Positions 20,444 through 30,784 of a stretch of DNA of 64,000 nucleotides are shown one piece after another; position 1 is the stretch's first letter, and each line of letters opens with the position of its first letter. The translations under genes were made by a program, and so were the position numbers. The stretch covers positions 3,616,001-3,680,000 of the forward strand of contig OZ220732.1 of NCBI GenBank assembly GCA_965116905.1, read 5' to 3'. A model generated the notes under the pieces. The model was not told the DNA's origin, ran no database searches, and worked only from the letters and a program-made list of their open reading frames with translations. Source of the stretch: Longimicrobiales bacterium. Lineage in GTDB: Bacteria > Gemmatimonadota > Gemmatimonadetes > Longimicrobiales > Gaopeijiaceae.

Positions 20444-21711
20444 CCCGACCCCTCCCCGGCGCGCGTGACCTCGCCTGCCGGCGCCTCCCGGGCCACGGCC
20501 ACGAGCATCCCCACGGCCGCCAGCATCGTGACGAGATTGCTGCGGCCGAAGGAGATGAACGGCAGCGACAGGCCCGTCGCGGGCAGGACGCCCAACCCCA
20601 CTCCGATGTGGAGGAAGGCCTGGAACCCGATCAGGCAGCTGATCCCGACGGCAAGGAGTTCGCCGAACGTGTCCCGGGCCCGGCGCGCAATCCTGAAGCC
20701 GAGCACGATCATGGCGAGAAAGCCGAGGATGACGCCGACGGTGCCCACGAGTCCCCACTCCTCGCCGATCATCGCGAAGATGAAGTCGTTGTGGGCCTCG
20801 GGCAGGAATCCGAACTTCTGCTGCCCCTCTCCGAAGCCGACCCCCGTCACGCCGCCGGAGCCGATGGCCACCAGACTCTGGTAGCTCTGAAACGCCGCGC
20901 CGTCCGGTGTCACCCCGGGATTGAGCAGGAGCGAGTCCCAGCGGGCGCCCCGGTATCCGGAAACGAGCATCGGACCGACCAGGGGAATGCAGGCGGCGCC
21001 AAGGATCACAAAGTGTCCCACGCGTGCGCCGGCCACGAAGATGATGGACATCCCGACCGCGACGATCAGGCAGGCCGTGGAGAAATCCGGCTCCAGCGCC
21101 ACCGGGACCATGACGAGCATCCAGCCGACGAGGAATGGTGCCAGTCCACGACGCATGTTGCGCATCAGGGGCTGCTTCCGGACCGCGAGGGCCGCGGTCC
21201 ACACGACCACCGCCAGCTTGGCCAGGTCCGAGGGCTGAAAGGTCACGCCGACACGGAGCCAGCGGCGGGCGCCGTTCACGGGCGGCGCGATCGCCTCGGT
21301 GAAGGGCAGGATGATGATGACGAGGAGTACGACCGCTCCCGCCAGGATGTGGTGCGCGAACCGTCGCCACCACCGGGTGGGAATGCGCGCACACGTCACC
21401 AGGAGAACGATCCCGATCGCGGCGCCGAACCCCTGCCGGGCCACGTAGTGGTAGTGGGGAAGGTCTCCGCGCTGCGCCATCACGGAACTCGCGCTGTGCA
21501 GGGTCAGGAGGCCGAAGAGCAGCAACACGGCCGTCAACGCCATGATCGCCTTCGGCTCCCACCCCTGCCCGAGCCCCGTTTCGGGGAGCGACCTGCGCGC
21601 CTTGGCGGCGACGTCGCGCGCCCACCGGGCCCGCGGGCGGACGGGCCTCGCCCCACCACGGTGGCCACGGGGGCCATGCCCGATGCGCGAGGTGCCGCCC
21701 GGCGCCGTCAT
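20440..21711 (-). CDS. ftsW: SEDS peptidoglycan polymerase FtsW
   Basis: NGARRW, FQPSDLAK, EPDF, LPEAHNDFIF and GLSLPFISFG. Confidence 0.95.
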   Translation of the reverse strand: MTAPGGTSRIGHGPRGHRGGARPVRPRARWARDVAAKARRSLPETGLGQGWEPKAIMALTAVLLLFGLLTLHSASSVMAQRGDLPHYHYVARQGFGAAIGIVLLVTCARIPTRWWRRFAHHILAGAVVLLVIIILPFTEAIAPPVNGARRWLRVGVTFQPSDLAKLAVVVWTAALAVRKQPLMRNMRRGLAPFLVGWMLVMVPVALEPDFSTACLIVAVGMSIIFVAGARVGHFVILGAACIPLVGPMLVSGYRGARWDSLLLNPGVTPDGAAFQSYQSLVAIGSGGVTGVGFGEGQQKFGFLPEAHNDFIFAMIGEEWGLVGTVGVILGFLAMIVLGFRIARRARDTFGELLAVGISCLIGFQAFLHIGVGLGVLPATGLSLPFISFGRSNLVTMLAAVGMLVAVAREAPAGEVTRAGEGSG

Positions 21712-23123
21712 CCGGCGGTCCTCGCGGCTTCCCGCCCCAGAGCCTGGAACGCGGCGCCCCGGGCCTCGTAGTTCTCGAACATGTCGAAGCTGGAACACGC
21801 GGGCGCCAGGAGGAGCGTGTCGCCCGCCCGGGCGAGTCGGCGGCCCGCGGCCACCACCTCCTCGAAGGTGCCGTCGACGTACTCCACCAGGGGTCCCCGT
21901 CCCGCCATCTCGGCAGCCGCCCGCGGGCCCGCGGCGCCATAGGCGACGACGGCGCGCGTCCGTCCCTTCATCGCGTCCGCCAGGTCGCCGAAGTCCTCCC
22001 CCTTGTCGGTACCACCGACGAGAAGGACCACGGGGCCATCCAGGCTCGCGAGCGCGCCCGCGGCTGCCGCGACATTGGTCGCCTTCGAGTCGTTGACCCA
22101 CTGCACCCCGTCCACCGTCCCGACGGGCTCGAGCCGGTGCGGCAACGGCGGGAACGAGCGCAGGGCGCGACGCGCCCCGTCGAGCACGCCCCCGCCGAAC
22201 CCGGCCCCACCGGGCCCGGCCCCGGAAGCGGCCGCCGCCAGGAGCGCGGCGAGCGCGTTGGCGAGGTTGTGCCTCCCCAGCAGCCGGACGTCCGCGGCCT
22301 CGGCGACGCGGCGGGGACCCCGCCCCGTATCCACCGTCAGCCCGCTTCCATCCAGCCATGCCCCGGGTGCGCAGGAGGTCTCGAGCGAGAACGTCAGGCG
22401 GGACCCCGGCACGTCCCGCGCCATCTCGAGCACCGTGCCGTCGTCGCCGTTCAGCACCCAGGTCGTGTTGGCGTCGCCCGCATCGAACAGCCTGCGCTTG
22501 TCGCGGTGGTAGTCCTCCACCGTGGCGTACCGGTCCATGTGGTCGACGCCCAGGTTGGTCATTACGCCCACGTCCGGGGTGAGGTCACGAATGTCGGCCA
22601 GTTGAAAGGACGACAGTTCCAGCACGATCCGGTCGGCCGCCGGGTGCGTGGCGGCCAGGGTGGAAGCCGGCGGGCCCAGGCCGCCGCCGATATTGCCCCC
22701 CAGGGCCACGTCGACACCCGCTTCGCGCAGCAGGTGCGCGCTCAGCGCCGCCGTGGTCGTCTTCCCGTTCGTGCCGGTCACGATCGTCAGTGGACTCTGG
22801 ATGAACCGGCTGGCGAACTCAGGCTCCGATATCCAATCGACGCCCCGTGCGCGTAGGGCGGCGAGCACGGCCGCCGCCGGCGGGATGCCGGGGCTGACGA
22901 TGACGGTGTCCGCCGCGGCGATCTTCTCCAGCTCGTGTCCGCCAAGCCCGATCTCGGCTCCGAGATCCCGCAAAGCGGCTCCACGGGCTGCAACTGCGTC
23001 CTCGCTGCTCGCATCCGTGACATGAACTCTCGCTCCCTTTGCAAGGGCCAGCCGCGCCGCGGCGTCTCCGCTGGCGCCCAGCCCGATGACCGCAATTCTC
23101 TCTCGTTCATTCCCCGATCTCAT
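21708..23123 (-). CDS. murD: UDP-MurNAc-L-Ala--D-glutamate ligase
   Basis: TGTNGKTTT, LELSSFQL, PHRLE, NDSKATN and PACSSFDMF. Confidence 0.96.
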   Translation of the reverse strand: MRSGNERERIAVIGLGASGDAAARLALAKGARVHVTDASSEDAVAARGAALRDLGAEIGLGGHELEKIAAADTVIVSPGIPPAAAVLAALRARGVDWISEPEFASRFIQSPLTIVTGTNGKTTTAALSAHLLREAGVDVALGGNIGGGLGPPASTLAATHPAADRIVLELSSFQLADIRDLTPDVGVMTNLGVDHMDRYATVEDYHRDKRRLFDAGDANTTWVLNGDDGTVLEMARDVPGSRLTFSLETSCAPGAWLDGSGLTVDTGRGPRRVAEAADVRLLGRHNLANALAALLAAAASGAGPGGAGFGGGVLDGARRALRSFPPLPHRLEPVGTVDGVQWVNDSKATNVAAAAGALASLDGPVVLLVGGTDKGEDFGDLADAMKGRTRAVVAYGAAGPRAAAEMAGRGPLVEYVDGTFEEVVAAGRRLARAGDTLLLAPACSSFDMFENYEARGAAFQALGREAARTAG

Positions 23124-24220
23124 CGCAGCTTCAGCGTGGCGAAGCCGACCATCGCGCAGAGGATTCCCAGGATCCAGAACCGGACCACGACCTGCTCGTT
23201 CTTCCAGCCGATCATCTGGAAGTGATGATGGATGGGGGCACATCTGAACACGCGCCGGCCCTCGCCGTAGCGCCGTCTCGTGTACTTGAAGTACTGGGTC
23301 TGGATGATCACCGACGCGGCCTCGGCCACGAACACGCCGCCCACCGCCACCAGGAGGAGTTCGGCCTTGAGCAGCACCGCCATGGCTCCGATGGCGCCTC
23401 CCAGCGCCAGTGAGCCGGTGTCGCCCATGATCACCCGCGCGGGCTGCGCATTGAACCACAGAAAACCCAGCGCGGCCCCGGTGATCCCCGCCGCAAACAC
23501 GGCAAGTTCTCCGGCGCCCGGCAGGTAGAAGAGCCCGAGGTACGCCGAGGTGTCGACCCGTCCGATCACGTACGCGAAGATCCCGAAGGTCCCCACGGCG
23601 ATCGCGACCAGTCCGGGCGCGAGTCCGTCGAGGCCGTCGGTCATGTTCACCGAATGGGTGGCGCCGTTGAGCACCACGGTGACCCAGAGCAGGTACGCGG
23701 CCGGAGTGAAGACGAGCTGCCACTCGTCGAAGACCGGCAGGTTCGTGGTCGTAGCCCCTACCGGCGCGATCGGGCCCCCCATGATCAGGAACGCCCCCAG
23801 CGCCAGGCCCAGCCCCAGCGAGCCCGCCCACTTGTAGCGCTCCACCAGACCGCGCGGCGTCTTGCGCACGACCTTGAGGTAATCGTCGAGGAAGCCGATC
23901 GCTCCCATCCACAGCATCACCACCAGCGCGATGATCGTGTACGGATTCGTCAGTTCGGCCCAGAGCAGCGTCGAGACGGCCACGACCGCCACGATCAGCA
24001 CCCCACCCATGTTCACCTTCGGCCCCTGACCCCGGTCGAGTCCGTTGCGCGGCACATTGACAATGCCGCGCGCGCGCATGCAGGCGATGAAGGGACGCCC
24101 CAGGATCAGCATCAGTATCAGCGCGCTGGCCATCGCGCCGGCGGACCGGACCGTCAGGTAGTTGAAGAGGTTGAAGACGATGTGAACGTCTTCCAGCCGG
24201 GGGAGCAGGTGGTAGAGCAT
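23120..24220 (-). CDS. mraY: Phospho-MurNAc-pentapeptide transferase
   Basis: GFLDDYLK, NMTDGLDGL, MGDTGSL and APIHHHF. Confidence 0.96.
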   Translation of the reverse strand: MLYHLLPRLEDVHIVFNLFNYLTVRSAGAMASALILMLILGRPFIACMRARGIVNVPRNGLDRGQGPKVNMGGVLIVAVVAVSTLLWAELTNPYTIIALVVMLWMGAIGFLDDYLKVVRKTPRGLVERYKWAGSLGLGLALGAFLIMGGPIAPVGATTTNLPVFDEWQLVFTPAAYLLWVTVVLNGATHSVNMTDGLDGLAPGLVAIAVGTFGIFAYVIGRVDTSAYLGLFYLPGAGELAVFAAGITGAALGFLWFNAQPARVIMGDTGSLALGGAIGAMAVLLKAELLLVAVGGVFVAEAASVIIQTQYFKYTRRRYGEGRRVFRCAPIHHHFQMIGWKNEQVVVRFWILGILCAMVGFATLKLR

Positions 24221-25593
24221 CAGGCGCGCACTCCCCCGAAGTCGGCCTCGAGACCCGGGATCACGCGCTCCAGCCGGACCCCGCGGGAAGCCTTGAGGAG
24301 CACCGTGTCGCCAGGGCCGACCAGACCGGGCAGGCGCTCGGCGAGGTCGTCGACGCGGGGAACGGCGAAGATGCGGTCGTCCGCGAGGCCCCCCGCCGCC
24401 CGGGCGAAGGCCCCCGTCAGCACGTACCGGTCGATCTCCGCGTCCAGGATCGCGTCCAGGGTTTCACGGTGAATCGCGGCCGATCGGGGCCCCAGCTCGA
24501 GCATGCTCCCCAGCACCGCCACCCTGCGCCCCCGTGTGTCCATGCCCGCGAGGGTGGCGACCGCCGCCTCGACTCCCGCCGCATTGGCGTTGTAGCAGTC
24601 GATCAGAAGCGCGAGGCCGCCCACGCTGCGCACCTCGCCGCGCAGGGCGCGGGGCGCGACGGCCGAAACACCCGCGACCGCGTGTGTCGGCGCCACGTTC
24701 AGCGAGCGGGCCACGGCGAGGGCCAGCAGTGCGTTGTAGACGTTGTGGGCGCCCGGAATCCGCATGGAGACGGGCTCTCCCATCCAGGTGAAGGAATACG
24801 TGCCGTCGGCCCGCAGACGCGCGTCGAAGGGGCGCAGGTCGCGGTCCGCCCGGTCCGACCAGCCGCTGACCGCAATATCGGGGTGGATCCTGCGGGCCTC
24901 GCGTGCCAGCTCCGGTGGCTCGTCGCCCACCAGCGCGATCCCCGCCGGATCGACGGCCCGGAGCAGGTCGAGCTTTTCCGTGAGTACGCCCGGGAGATCC
25001 CCGAGCCGCTCGACGTGTGTCTCCGAGACGGTCGTGACCACCCCGACCGTGGGACGTGCGACCCGGGCCAGCTCGGCGATCTCCCCGGGCTCGTTGGTGC
25101 CCATTTCCAGGACCAGAGAGGTTGCGCCGTCGGGCATCGACAGAATCGTCAGGGGCGTGCCCACGCGGTTGTTGTTGTTCGCGGACGTCCCGTGCGCCCG
25201 CGGCGTCGACGAGAGCGCCCCCAGCGTGAGGTCCTTCACGGTGGTCTTGCCCGACGAGCCCGTGATCCCCACGACCGGGATGCGCGCGTGGCTGCGCCGG
25301 TGCAGGGCGAGGTCTCCCAGCGCGGTAAGGGTGTCCGCGACGCGATAGACGGGGACGGGCAGGTCGCCGGGATCGCGGCTTGCGACCAGGGCCGCACACC
25401 CGGCCGCGACGGCCGCCGGCGCGAACTCATGGCCGTCGAAACGCGGTCCTTCGAGCGCGACGAACACGTCGTCCCGCCGGAGAGTGCGCGTGTCCGTGGA
25501 AACGCCCCGGTATCGGCGGCCCGGATCGCCACCCGGCAGACCCAGCGCGCGCCGCACCGAGGCGTCGGTCCACTCGAAGGCCGCGTCCGTCAT
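24220..25593 (-). CDS. murF: UDP-MurNAc-tripeptide--D-Ala-D-Ala ligase
   Basis: DTRTL, TGSSGKTT, LEMG, DCYNAN, GSMLELG and LKASRG. Confidence 0.95.
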   Translation of the reverse strand: MTDAAFEWTDASVRRALGLPGGDPGRRYRGVSTDTRTLRRDDVFVALEGPRFDGHEFAPAAVAAGCAALVASRDPGDLPVPVYRVADTLTALGDLALHRRSHARIPVVGITGSSGKTTVKDLTLGALSSTPRAHGTSANNNNRVGTPLTILSMPDGATSLVLEMGTNEPGEIAELARVARPTVGVVTTVSETHVERLGDLPGVLTEKLDLLRAVDPAGIALVGDEPPELAREARRIHPDIAVSGWSDRADRDLRPFDARLRADGTYSFTWMGEPVSMRIPGAHNVYNALLALAVARSLNVAPTHAVAGVSAVAPRALRGEVRSVGGLALLIDCYNANAAGVEAAVATLAGMDTRGRRVAVLGSMLELGPRSAAIHRETLDAILDAEIDRYVLTGAFARAAGGLADDRIFAVPRVDDLAERLPGLVGPGDTVLLKASRGVRLERVIPGLEADFGGVRA

Positions 25594-27068
25594 GGACCGG
25601 CATCCAGGTGGCCGAGCACGATCTCCCGCTCGTCGAAGGGCCGCTTCTCGGTCCCCACGACCTGGTACGTCTCGTGGCCCTTGCCGGCGAGGAGCACGGC
25701 GTCGCCCGGCCGGGCCCGGTCGAGTGCCCAGCAGATGGCGTCGCGCCGGTCCACGATCTCCACCGCGTCGGCGGCCGAGACCCCGCGCGACACCTGCGCG
25801 ACGATCTTCGCCGGATCCTCGGTGCGCGGGTTGTCCGAGGTCACGACGACCACGTCCGCGTGTCGCGAGACCGCGGCCCCCATCTCGGGACGCTTGGTCG
25901 GGTCGCGGTCCCCGCCCGCCCCGAACACCACGATGAGGCGTCCGGCCACCAGCGGCCGGAGCGCCTTCAGGACCTGATCCAGGGCGTCGGGCGTGTGGGC
26001 GAAGTCGACGAATACATCGTACGGCTCCCGCGCGATGCACTCCAGGCGACCCGGCACGGGAGAGGCTTCCCCCAGTCTCGCGGCCACACGCGCCGGGTCC
26101 TGGCCCAGTACGAGGGCGCAGGCGGCGGCGCACAGCGCGTTGGAGACGTTGAAGGCCCCGGGCAGTGGCAGGTCGACAGGTTGCCGGTGGCCCTGCCACA
26201 CGAGTTCGAAGCTCGAGCCCCGCGACGAAAGGCGGAGTCCGGCGGCACGCAGGTCCGCGGATGCCCGTATTCCGTAGGTTACGACCGGGCCCCCGGGACG
26301 GAGGACGCTCCACGCGTCGTCGTCGGCATTGATCACGGCCGTGGAGCCCCGCTTGCCCAGATCCAGGAGCCGCGCCTTCGCGGCCAGGTACCGCTCGCGG
26401 CTGCCGTGGTAGTCCAGGTGATCCCGGGTGAGGTTCGTGAAGGCGGTGACGTCGAAGCGCACGCCGTCGAGGCGGAACTGGTCGAGCGCGTGGGAGGAAC
26501 TCTCGATCACGACACCCGCAGCGCCGGCGCGGACAAGCGCGTCGAGCCACCCCGCCAGCCGCACCGGTCCGGGCGTCGTGAGCCCCTCCGTACCCTGCTC
26601 GACGCGGCCGTCGGGTCCGACCACGCCCAGCGTCCCGATCGCCGCCCACTGCACCTCGCTTGCCAACAGGCCGCGCAGCAGCAGCGTCGTCGTCGTCTTT
26701 CCGTTCGTGCCGGTCACCCCCACCGTGCGCAGCTTCCGCCAGGGCGTTCCCGTCACGAAACCGGAGGCCACGGCCGCCGCCAGCCGCGCATTGTCGACCT
26801 CGATCTGGGGGACGGGCACCGCGGGAACGGGCCGCTCGACGATGGCGGCCGCGGCCCCCGCCGCCGCTGCGCCGCCCAGGAATTCGTGCGCGTCGTGGGA
26901 TGTGCCCGCCCAGGCCACGAAGAGGTCGCCCGGTCCTACGGCCCGCGAGTCCTGCTGCACGCCGGAAACCTCCACGTGGCCCATCTCGCCGCGTGGAGGC
27001 ACCATCCGGCGAACGACAACTCCGGCATCCTCGATCGCCGCCAGCACGCGCGTCATGGCCACGGTCAC
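25590..27068 (-). CDS. murE: UDP-MurNAc-dipeptide--meso-DAP ligase
   Basis: GTNGKTTT, NLTRDHLDYH, DFAHTPD, DNPR (DAP-type) and AGKGHE; GTGA overlap with ftsI. Confidence 0.95.
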   Translation of the reverse strand: MTVAMTRVLAAIEDAGVVVRRMVPPRGEMGHVEVSGVQQDSRAVGPGDLFVAWAGTSHDAHEFLGGAAAAGAAAAIVERPVPAVPVPQIEVDNARLAAAVASGFVTGTPWRKLRTVGVTGTNGKTTTTLLLRGLLASEVQWAAIGTLGVVGPDGRVEQGTEGLTTPGPVRLAGWLDALVRAGAAGVVIESSSHALDQFRLDGVRFDVTAFTNLTRDHLDYHGSRERYLAAKARLLDLGKRGSTAVINADDDAWSVLRPGGPVVTYGIRASADLRAAGLRLSSRGSSFELVWQGHRQPVDLPLPGAFNVSNALCAAACALVLGQDPARVAARLGEASPVPGRLECIAREPYDVFVDFAHTPDALDQVLKALRPLVAGRLIVVFGAGGDRDPTKRPEMGAAVSRHADVVVVTSDNPRTEDPAKIVAQVSRGVSAADAVEIVDRRDAICWALDRARPGDAVLLAGKGHETYQVVGTEKRPFDEREIVLGHLDAGP

Positions 27069-29128
27069 CCCTCCTGCCCCAGCACTCGCACGGTATCTCC
27101 GACCGCGACGCCGGTGCCCGCCGGAGGGACCGTCATCAGCACGGCGCCTCCGCCATCGAGCCACACGCGCAAGCCCATCCTGTGCAGCCTGCGGATCGCG
27201 ACCCGGATCGGTGCCCCATTGAGGTCTGGAACCGACATGCTCCTCGCGGGTGGAATCGGCGCACCGGAGCCGAGCGCGCCAGCGCCCAGCGCATCGGAGC
27301 CCAGCGCATCGGAGCCCGGCACGTCGGAGCCCAGCACGTCGGAGCCCAGCACGTCGGAGCCCAGCGCATCGACCGGCACCCCGTTCTCCCGGCTGGCTGC
27401 CGCGAAGTGCACCACCGGCTCGTTCCCCACCTCCGACGGGACGGGACGCCGCGCCAGTGCCAGGGCCCCGCGGTCCAGCGGAACCCGCCGGGCCGGCAGG
27501 AGACTTTCGAGCATCGCCCGCGTGAGCGGCGCCGCGACGGCACCCCCGTAGTATTCGCCAGACGGGCGGTCCAGCTTCGCGAAGAGCAGGAGCTGCGGAT
27601 CGTCCGCGGGAAAGAATGCTCCAAAGGACGCGAAGTAGGCGTTGCCCTCGTAGCGTCCATCGTCCCCGACCGCGCGGGCCGTGCCGCTCTTGCCGGCGAC
27701 CAGGAACGAAGACATCCGCGCACGCGTACCCGTTCCCTGCTCCACGACATCGACCAGCACCGGCCTCAGGGCCTCGGTGACCTGCCTCGGGACCGCACGC
27801 CGCACGGTGCGGGGGCTGCCGAAGCGAACCGGTCGCCCGTCTCGGTCGCGCACCTCCCTGATCAGGCGCGGCTCCATCAGCCAGCCGTCGTTCGCCAGCG
27901 CCCCGAACGCCATCGCCATCTGCAGCGACGTAACCGAGAGCTCATAGCCGAACGCGAGGGACTGCCCCGACAACGCCGACCACTGATCCGGCCTTCTGAG
28001 CATGCCGGCCGCCTCGCCCGGCAGCATGATCCCGGTCCGGGTGCCGAATCCGAAGTCCCGCAGGTTCGTGTACTGCTGCGCCTCGGTGAGCCCTTCCGCG
28101 AACTTGGCGATGCCGACGTTGGACGAGCGCTGGACGACCTCGTACAGGGTCAGCCAGCCACCGCCGTGGATGTCGTTGATCTGCCGCGTACCGACCTTCC
28201 AGCTGCCCGTGCCGGTGTCCACCGAGTCCGCCAGCGATGCGACCCGGTGCCGCAGGAGGGCAGCGGTGGTGAACGGCTTGATCGTGGACCCCGGTTCATA
28301 GGGGGCGTTGACCGCTGACAGCGAGTTGTTCGACCCGTCGCTCAGGGAGGCAATCGCGAGGACTTCGCCGGTCCGGGGATCGGTAATGACGAGATCCCCG
28401 CCGCGGGCTCCGGTGGAGTCGACGGACATGGCGAGGAGTTCCTCGGCCAGAGCCTGCAGGTGTTCGTCGATCGTGAGCACGACGTCGCGCCCGGCCAGGG
28501 GTTCCTGGACGGTGATGACCTTGCCCGGTATCTCCCGTCCGCGATTGTCCCGCTCCACGATCTCCCGCCCGGTTCTTCCGGCCAGCACCGAATCCATCGT
28601 CTGCTCGATTCCCCCTGTCCCCACACCCTCCTGGACGACTCCAAGCAAGCCACGGGCCAGCTTTTCACGGGGGTAAAAGCGTCGCAGCTCGCCCTGGACG
28701 TGCACGCCGCGCAGTCCGCGGAGGCCTTCGACCTGCGTCATGGAGTACCGGCCGCGTACAACGCGCCACGGTCGTGTATCAACGGACACATTGTGCGCGA
28801 CGTCCGGGCGCAGTCCCAGGTGCTGCTCCAGCGCGGCGATAACCTCTTTCCGGTCCCGGATCTCGCTCGGCGCGACCGCGACGGCAGCCCGCCAGTGGCT
28901 CACGGCCAGCTCGGAGCCGTTGCGATCGAGAATGCGGCCCCTGGGCGCTGGAACGACCCTGCTCATCAACTGCTGGCCGGCGGCGTCCTCCCTCCAGGCA
29001 AACCGCTCGGCGACCTGCACCTCGGCGGCGCGTCCGAGCAGCACGGTCGCGAGGACCACCCAGAACAACAGCATGAAGCGGCGCCGGATCTCGACGCGCC
29101 GGTACGGATCGCGCTGCTTCAGACTCAT
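27065..29128 (-). CDS. ftsI: Class B penicillin-binding protein FtsI with C-terminal PASTA-like domain
   Basis: RGRILDRNG, EPGSTIK (SxxK), SSN (SxN) and KSGTA (KTG-like). Confidence 0.93.
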   Translation of the reverse strand: MSLKQRDPYRRVEIRRRFMLLFWVVLATVLLGRAAEVQVAERFAWREDAAGQQLMSRVVPAPRGRILDRNGSELAVSHWRAAVAVAPSEIRDRKEVIAALEQHLGLRPDVAHNVSVDTRPWRVVRGRYSMTQVEGLRGLRGVHVQGELRRFYPREKLARGLLGVVQEGVGTGGIEQTMDSVLAGRTGREIVERDNRGREIPGKVITVQEPLAGRDVVLTIDEHLQALAEELLAMSVDSTGARGGDLVITDPRTGEVLAIASLSDGSNNSLSAVNAPYEPGSTIKPFTTAALLRHRVASLADSVDTGTGSWKVGTRQINDIHGGGWLTLYEVVQRSSNVGIAKFAEGLTEAQQYTNLRDFGFGTRTGIMLPGEAAGMLRRPDQWSALSGQSLAFGYELSVTSLQMAMAFGALANDGWLMEPRLIREVRDRDGRPVRFGSPRTVRRAVPRQVTEALRPVLVDVVEQGTGTRARMSSFLVAGKSGTARAVGDDGRYEGNAYFASFGAFFPADDPQLLLFAKLDRPSGEYYGGAVAAPLTRAMLESLLPARRVPLDRGALALARRPVPSEVGNEPVVHFAAASRENGVPVDALGSDVLGSDVLGSDVPGSDALGSDALGAGALGSGAPIPPARSMSVPDLNGAPIRVAIRRLHRMGLRVWLDGGGAVLMTVPPAGTGVAVGDTVRVLGQEG
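27266..27370 (-). repeat. 15-bp tandem repeat x7 in the ftsI linker
   Basis: Plus-strand units of GGAGCCCAGC(A/G)C(G/A)TC encode DALGS-DVLGS-DVLGS-DVPGS-DALGS-DALGA-GALGS. Confidence 0.95.
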
Positions 29129-29415
29129 GGCGCGCCCCCCGATGCGATGATGGTCTCCCGTTCGCTCGCGGGCCGCAGCCCCAGCCTTCCGGCGGCCTCC
29201 GCAACGACCCAGGACCGCCGCTCGATGCCGACGAGCTCGAGCGCCAACTCTTCCCGCCGGTCGGCCAGGACGGCCAGCTCCGTGTCGATCCGGTCCAGCG
29301 ATTCGAGGGTTTCCCGGGTGGTCGATTGGCGCCACTGCACGGTCGCCAGAGAGGCGGTCACTGCGGCGAGCACGACGATCCACCTCCCCCTTCCCCGCCC
29401 CGGGCGGCGCCTCAC
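29125..29415 (-). CDS. ftsL: Cell division protein FtsL-like
   Basis: TM segment, coiled coil and AAGRLGL; lies between rsmH and ftsI with 4-nt overlaps. Confidence 0.75.
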   Translation of the reverse strand: MRRRPGRGRGRWIVVLAAVTASLATVQWRQSTTRETLESLDRIDTELAVLADRREELALELVGIERRSWVVAEAAGRLGLRPASERETIIASGGAP

Positions 29416-30377
29416 GCGGCCCGCCTCCAGGCCCGCAGCCTGGCTGCACGGGCGCGCGGGTTGGTCTCGACCTCCGCGCTGCCCGGCGTGACCGGCTTCC
29501 GCGTCAGCACGGTGCCCCGGCTCTTCAGCTCCGCGGCGCGCACGGGGAGGCGCGGAGGCAGCCCGTGGGAGGGATCGCTCCATTCCCGGAAGGCGCGCTT
29601 GACCACCCCGTCCTCGACCGAGTGATAGGAGATCACCACGAATGCGGCACCGGGCAGCAGGGCGTCCCGGATGGCGGGAAGCGCCTCCTGCAGGGCTTCG
29701 ATCTCCTCGTTCACGCGAATGCGCAGCGCCTGGAAGAGGCGCGCCTTCTCGGCGTGTGCAGCGCGGCGCCCCAGCACCGATTCCAGGACGGCGACGAGAT
29801 CATCGCTGGTCCGAAACGGCCTGTCCGCGCGGCGTCCGACGATGCGGGCCGCCACTGCCGCCGGCCGGGGCGCCTGGCCCTCGCGAAGTGCCCGCAGGAG
29901 TTCGGCACGCGAAGCCGAGGCCAGGAACGCGGCGGCGGTCAGCGGCGCCCCCGGGTCCATGCGCATGTCCAGCGCAGTCCCGCGGCGAAGGGAGAAGCCC
30001 CGCTCACGCGCGTCGAGCTGATGGGAGCTCACGCCCAGATCCAGGATCGCGCCGGCCAGCCCTTCGGCCCGCACTCGGGAATCGTTGCCGGCGCGCCGGA
30101 ACGACATGTGGCCGAACATCACCCGCCCGGCGAACCGGCGCAGGCGTGAGCGGGCGGCCTCCAGAGCCTCGGGGTCGCGGTCGACGGCGAGCACCTGGCA
30201 GTCCAGGCACCGCTCGAGAATGGCCTCCGAGTGGCCGCCGCCCCCTGCCGTGCCATCGAGGTACAGTCCGCGGCCGCCAAGCAGGTGGCTCATGGTCTCC
30301 TCCAGTAGCACGGGACGGTGATACTCCGGGACGCGCGCACGGGGGTCACCCGAAGATCTGGGCCGCGAAGTCGTCAT
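29412..30377 (-). CDS. rsmH: 16S rRNA m4C1402 methyltransferase
   Basis: YHRPVL, DGTAGGGGH, DLGVSSHQLD, ISYHSVED and NPRARAARLR; start ATG 30377 is inferred. Confidence 0.95.
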   Translation of the reverse strand: MTTSRPRSSGDPRARVPEYHRPVLLEETMSHLLGGRGLYLDGTAGGGGHSEAILERCLDCQVLAVDRDPEALEAARSRLRRFAGRVMFGHMSFRRAGNDSRVRAEGLAGAILDLGVSSHQLDARERGFSLRRGTALDMRMDPGAPLTAAAFLASASRAELLRALREGQAPRPAAVAARIVGRRADRPFRTSDDLVAVLESVLGRRAAHAEKARLFQALRIRVNEEIEALQEALPAIRDALLPGAAFVVISYHSVEDGVVKRAFREWSDPSHGLPPRLPVRAAELKSRGTVLTRKPVTPGSAEVETNPRARAARLRAWRRAA

Positions 30378-30777
30378 CGTCTTCGTCCACCTCGCAGATG
30401 TGATCCTCGAATCGCTTCGGAGGCCACAGCTCGATCCGGTCCAGTGCTCCGACAAACACCACCGACTCTTCGAGCCCCACCTGCTGCCGGAGCAGGGGCG
30501 GAATGCGGATCCGCCCGTGCTTGTCCGGTTCCACCTCCACTGCACTGCCCGTGATCCGCCGTACGTAGGCCCCGCGGTCCCCCCGGGCTCTCCGGTAGCT
30601 CAGCAGATTCTTGCGGATGTCCGCCCAGGTTTCCTCCGGGAAGAGGTCGAGATGCGTGTCCTGCCACTGCAGCAGCACCATCGGATACGAGGACACCGCA
30701 CGACGAAACGCCGAAGGCAAGCTGACCCGCCCCTTTGCGTCGATCTGGTATTCGTGTCGGCCAAGGAACCCAGGCAT
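30346..30777 (-). CDS. mraZ: dcw transcriptional regulator MraZ
   Basis: Two DxxGR motifs (IDAKGRV and PDKHGRI); first gene of the dcw cluster. Confidence 0.95.
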   Translation of the reverse strand: MPGFLGRHEYQIDAKGRVSLPSAFRRAVSSYPMVLLQWQDTHLDLFPEETWADIRKNLLSYRRARGDRGAYVRRITGSAVEVEPDKHGRIRIPPLLRQQVGLEESVVFVGALDRIELWPPKRFEDHICEVDEDDDDFAAQIFG

Positions 30778-30784
30778 GGTCTCC

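Noticed and set aside
30330..30377. Possible rsmH frameshift, because the GTGA overlap at the mraZ stop is out of frame
   Set aside because: An in-frame ATG at 30377 with a purine-rich upstream sequence gives an intact 321-aa protein.
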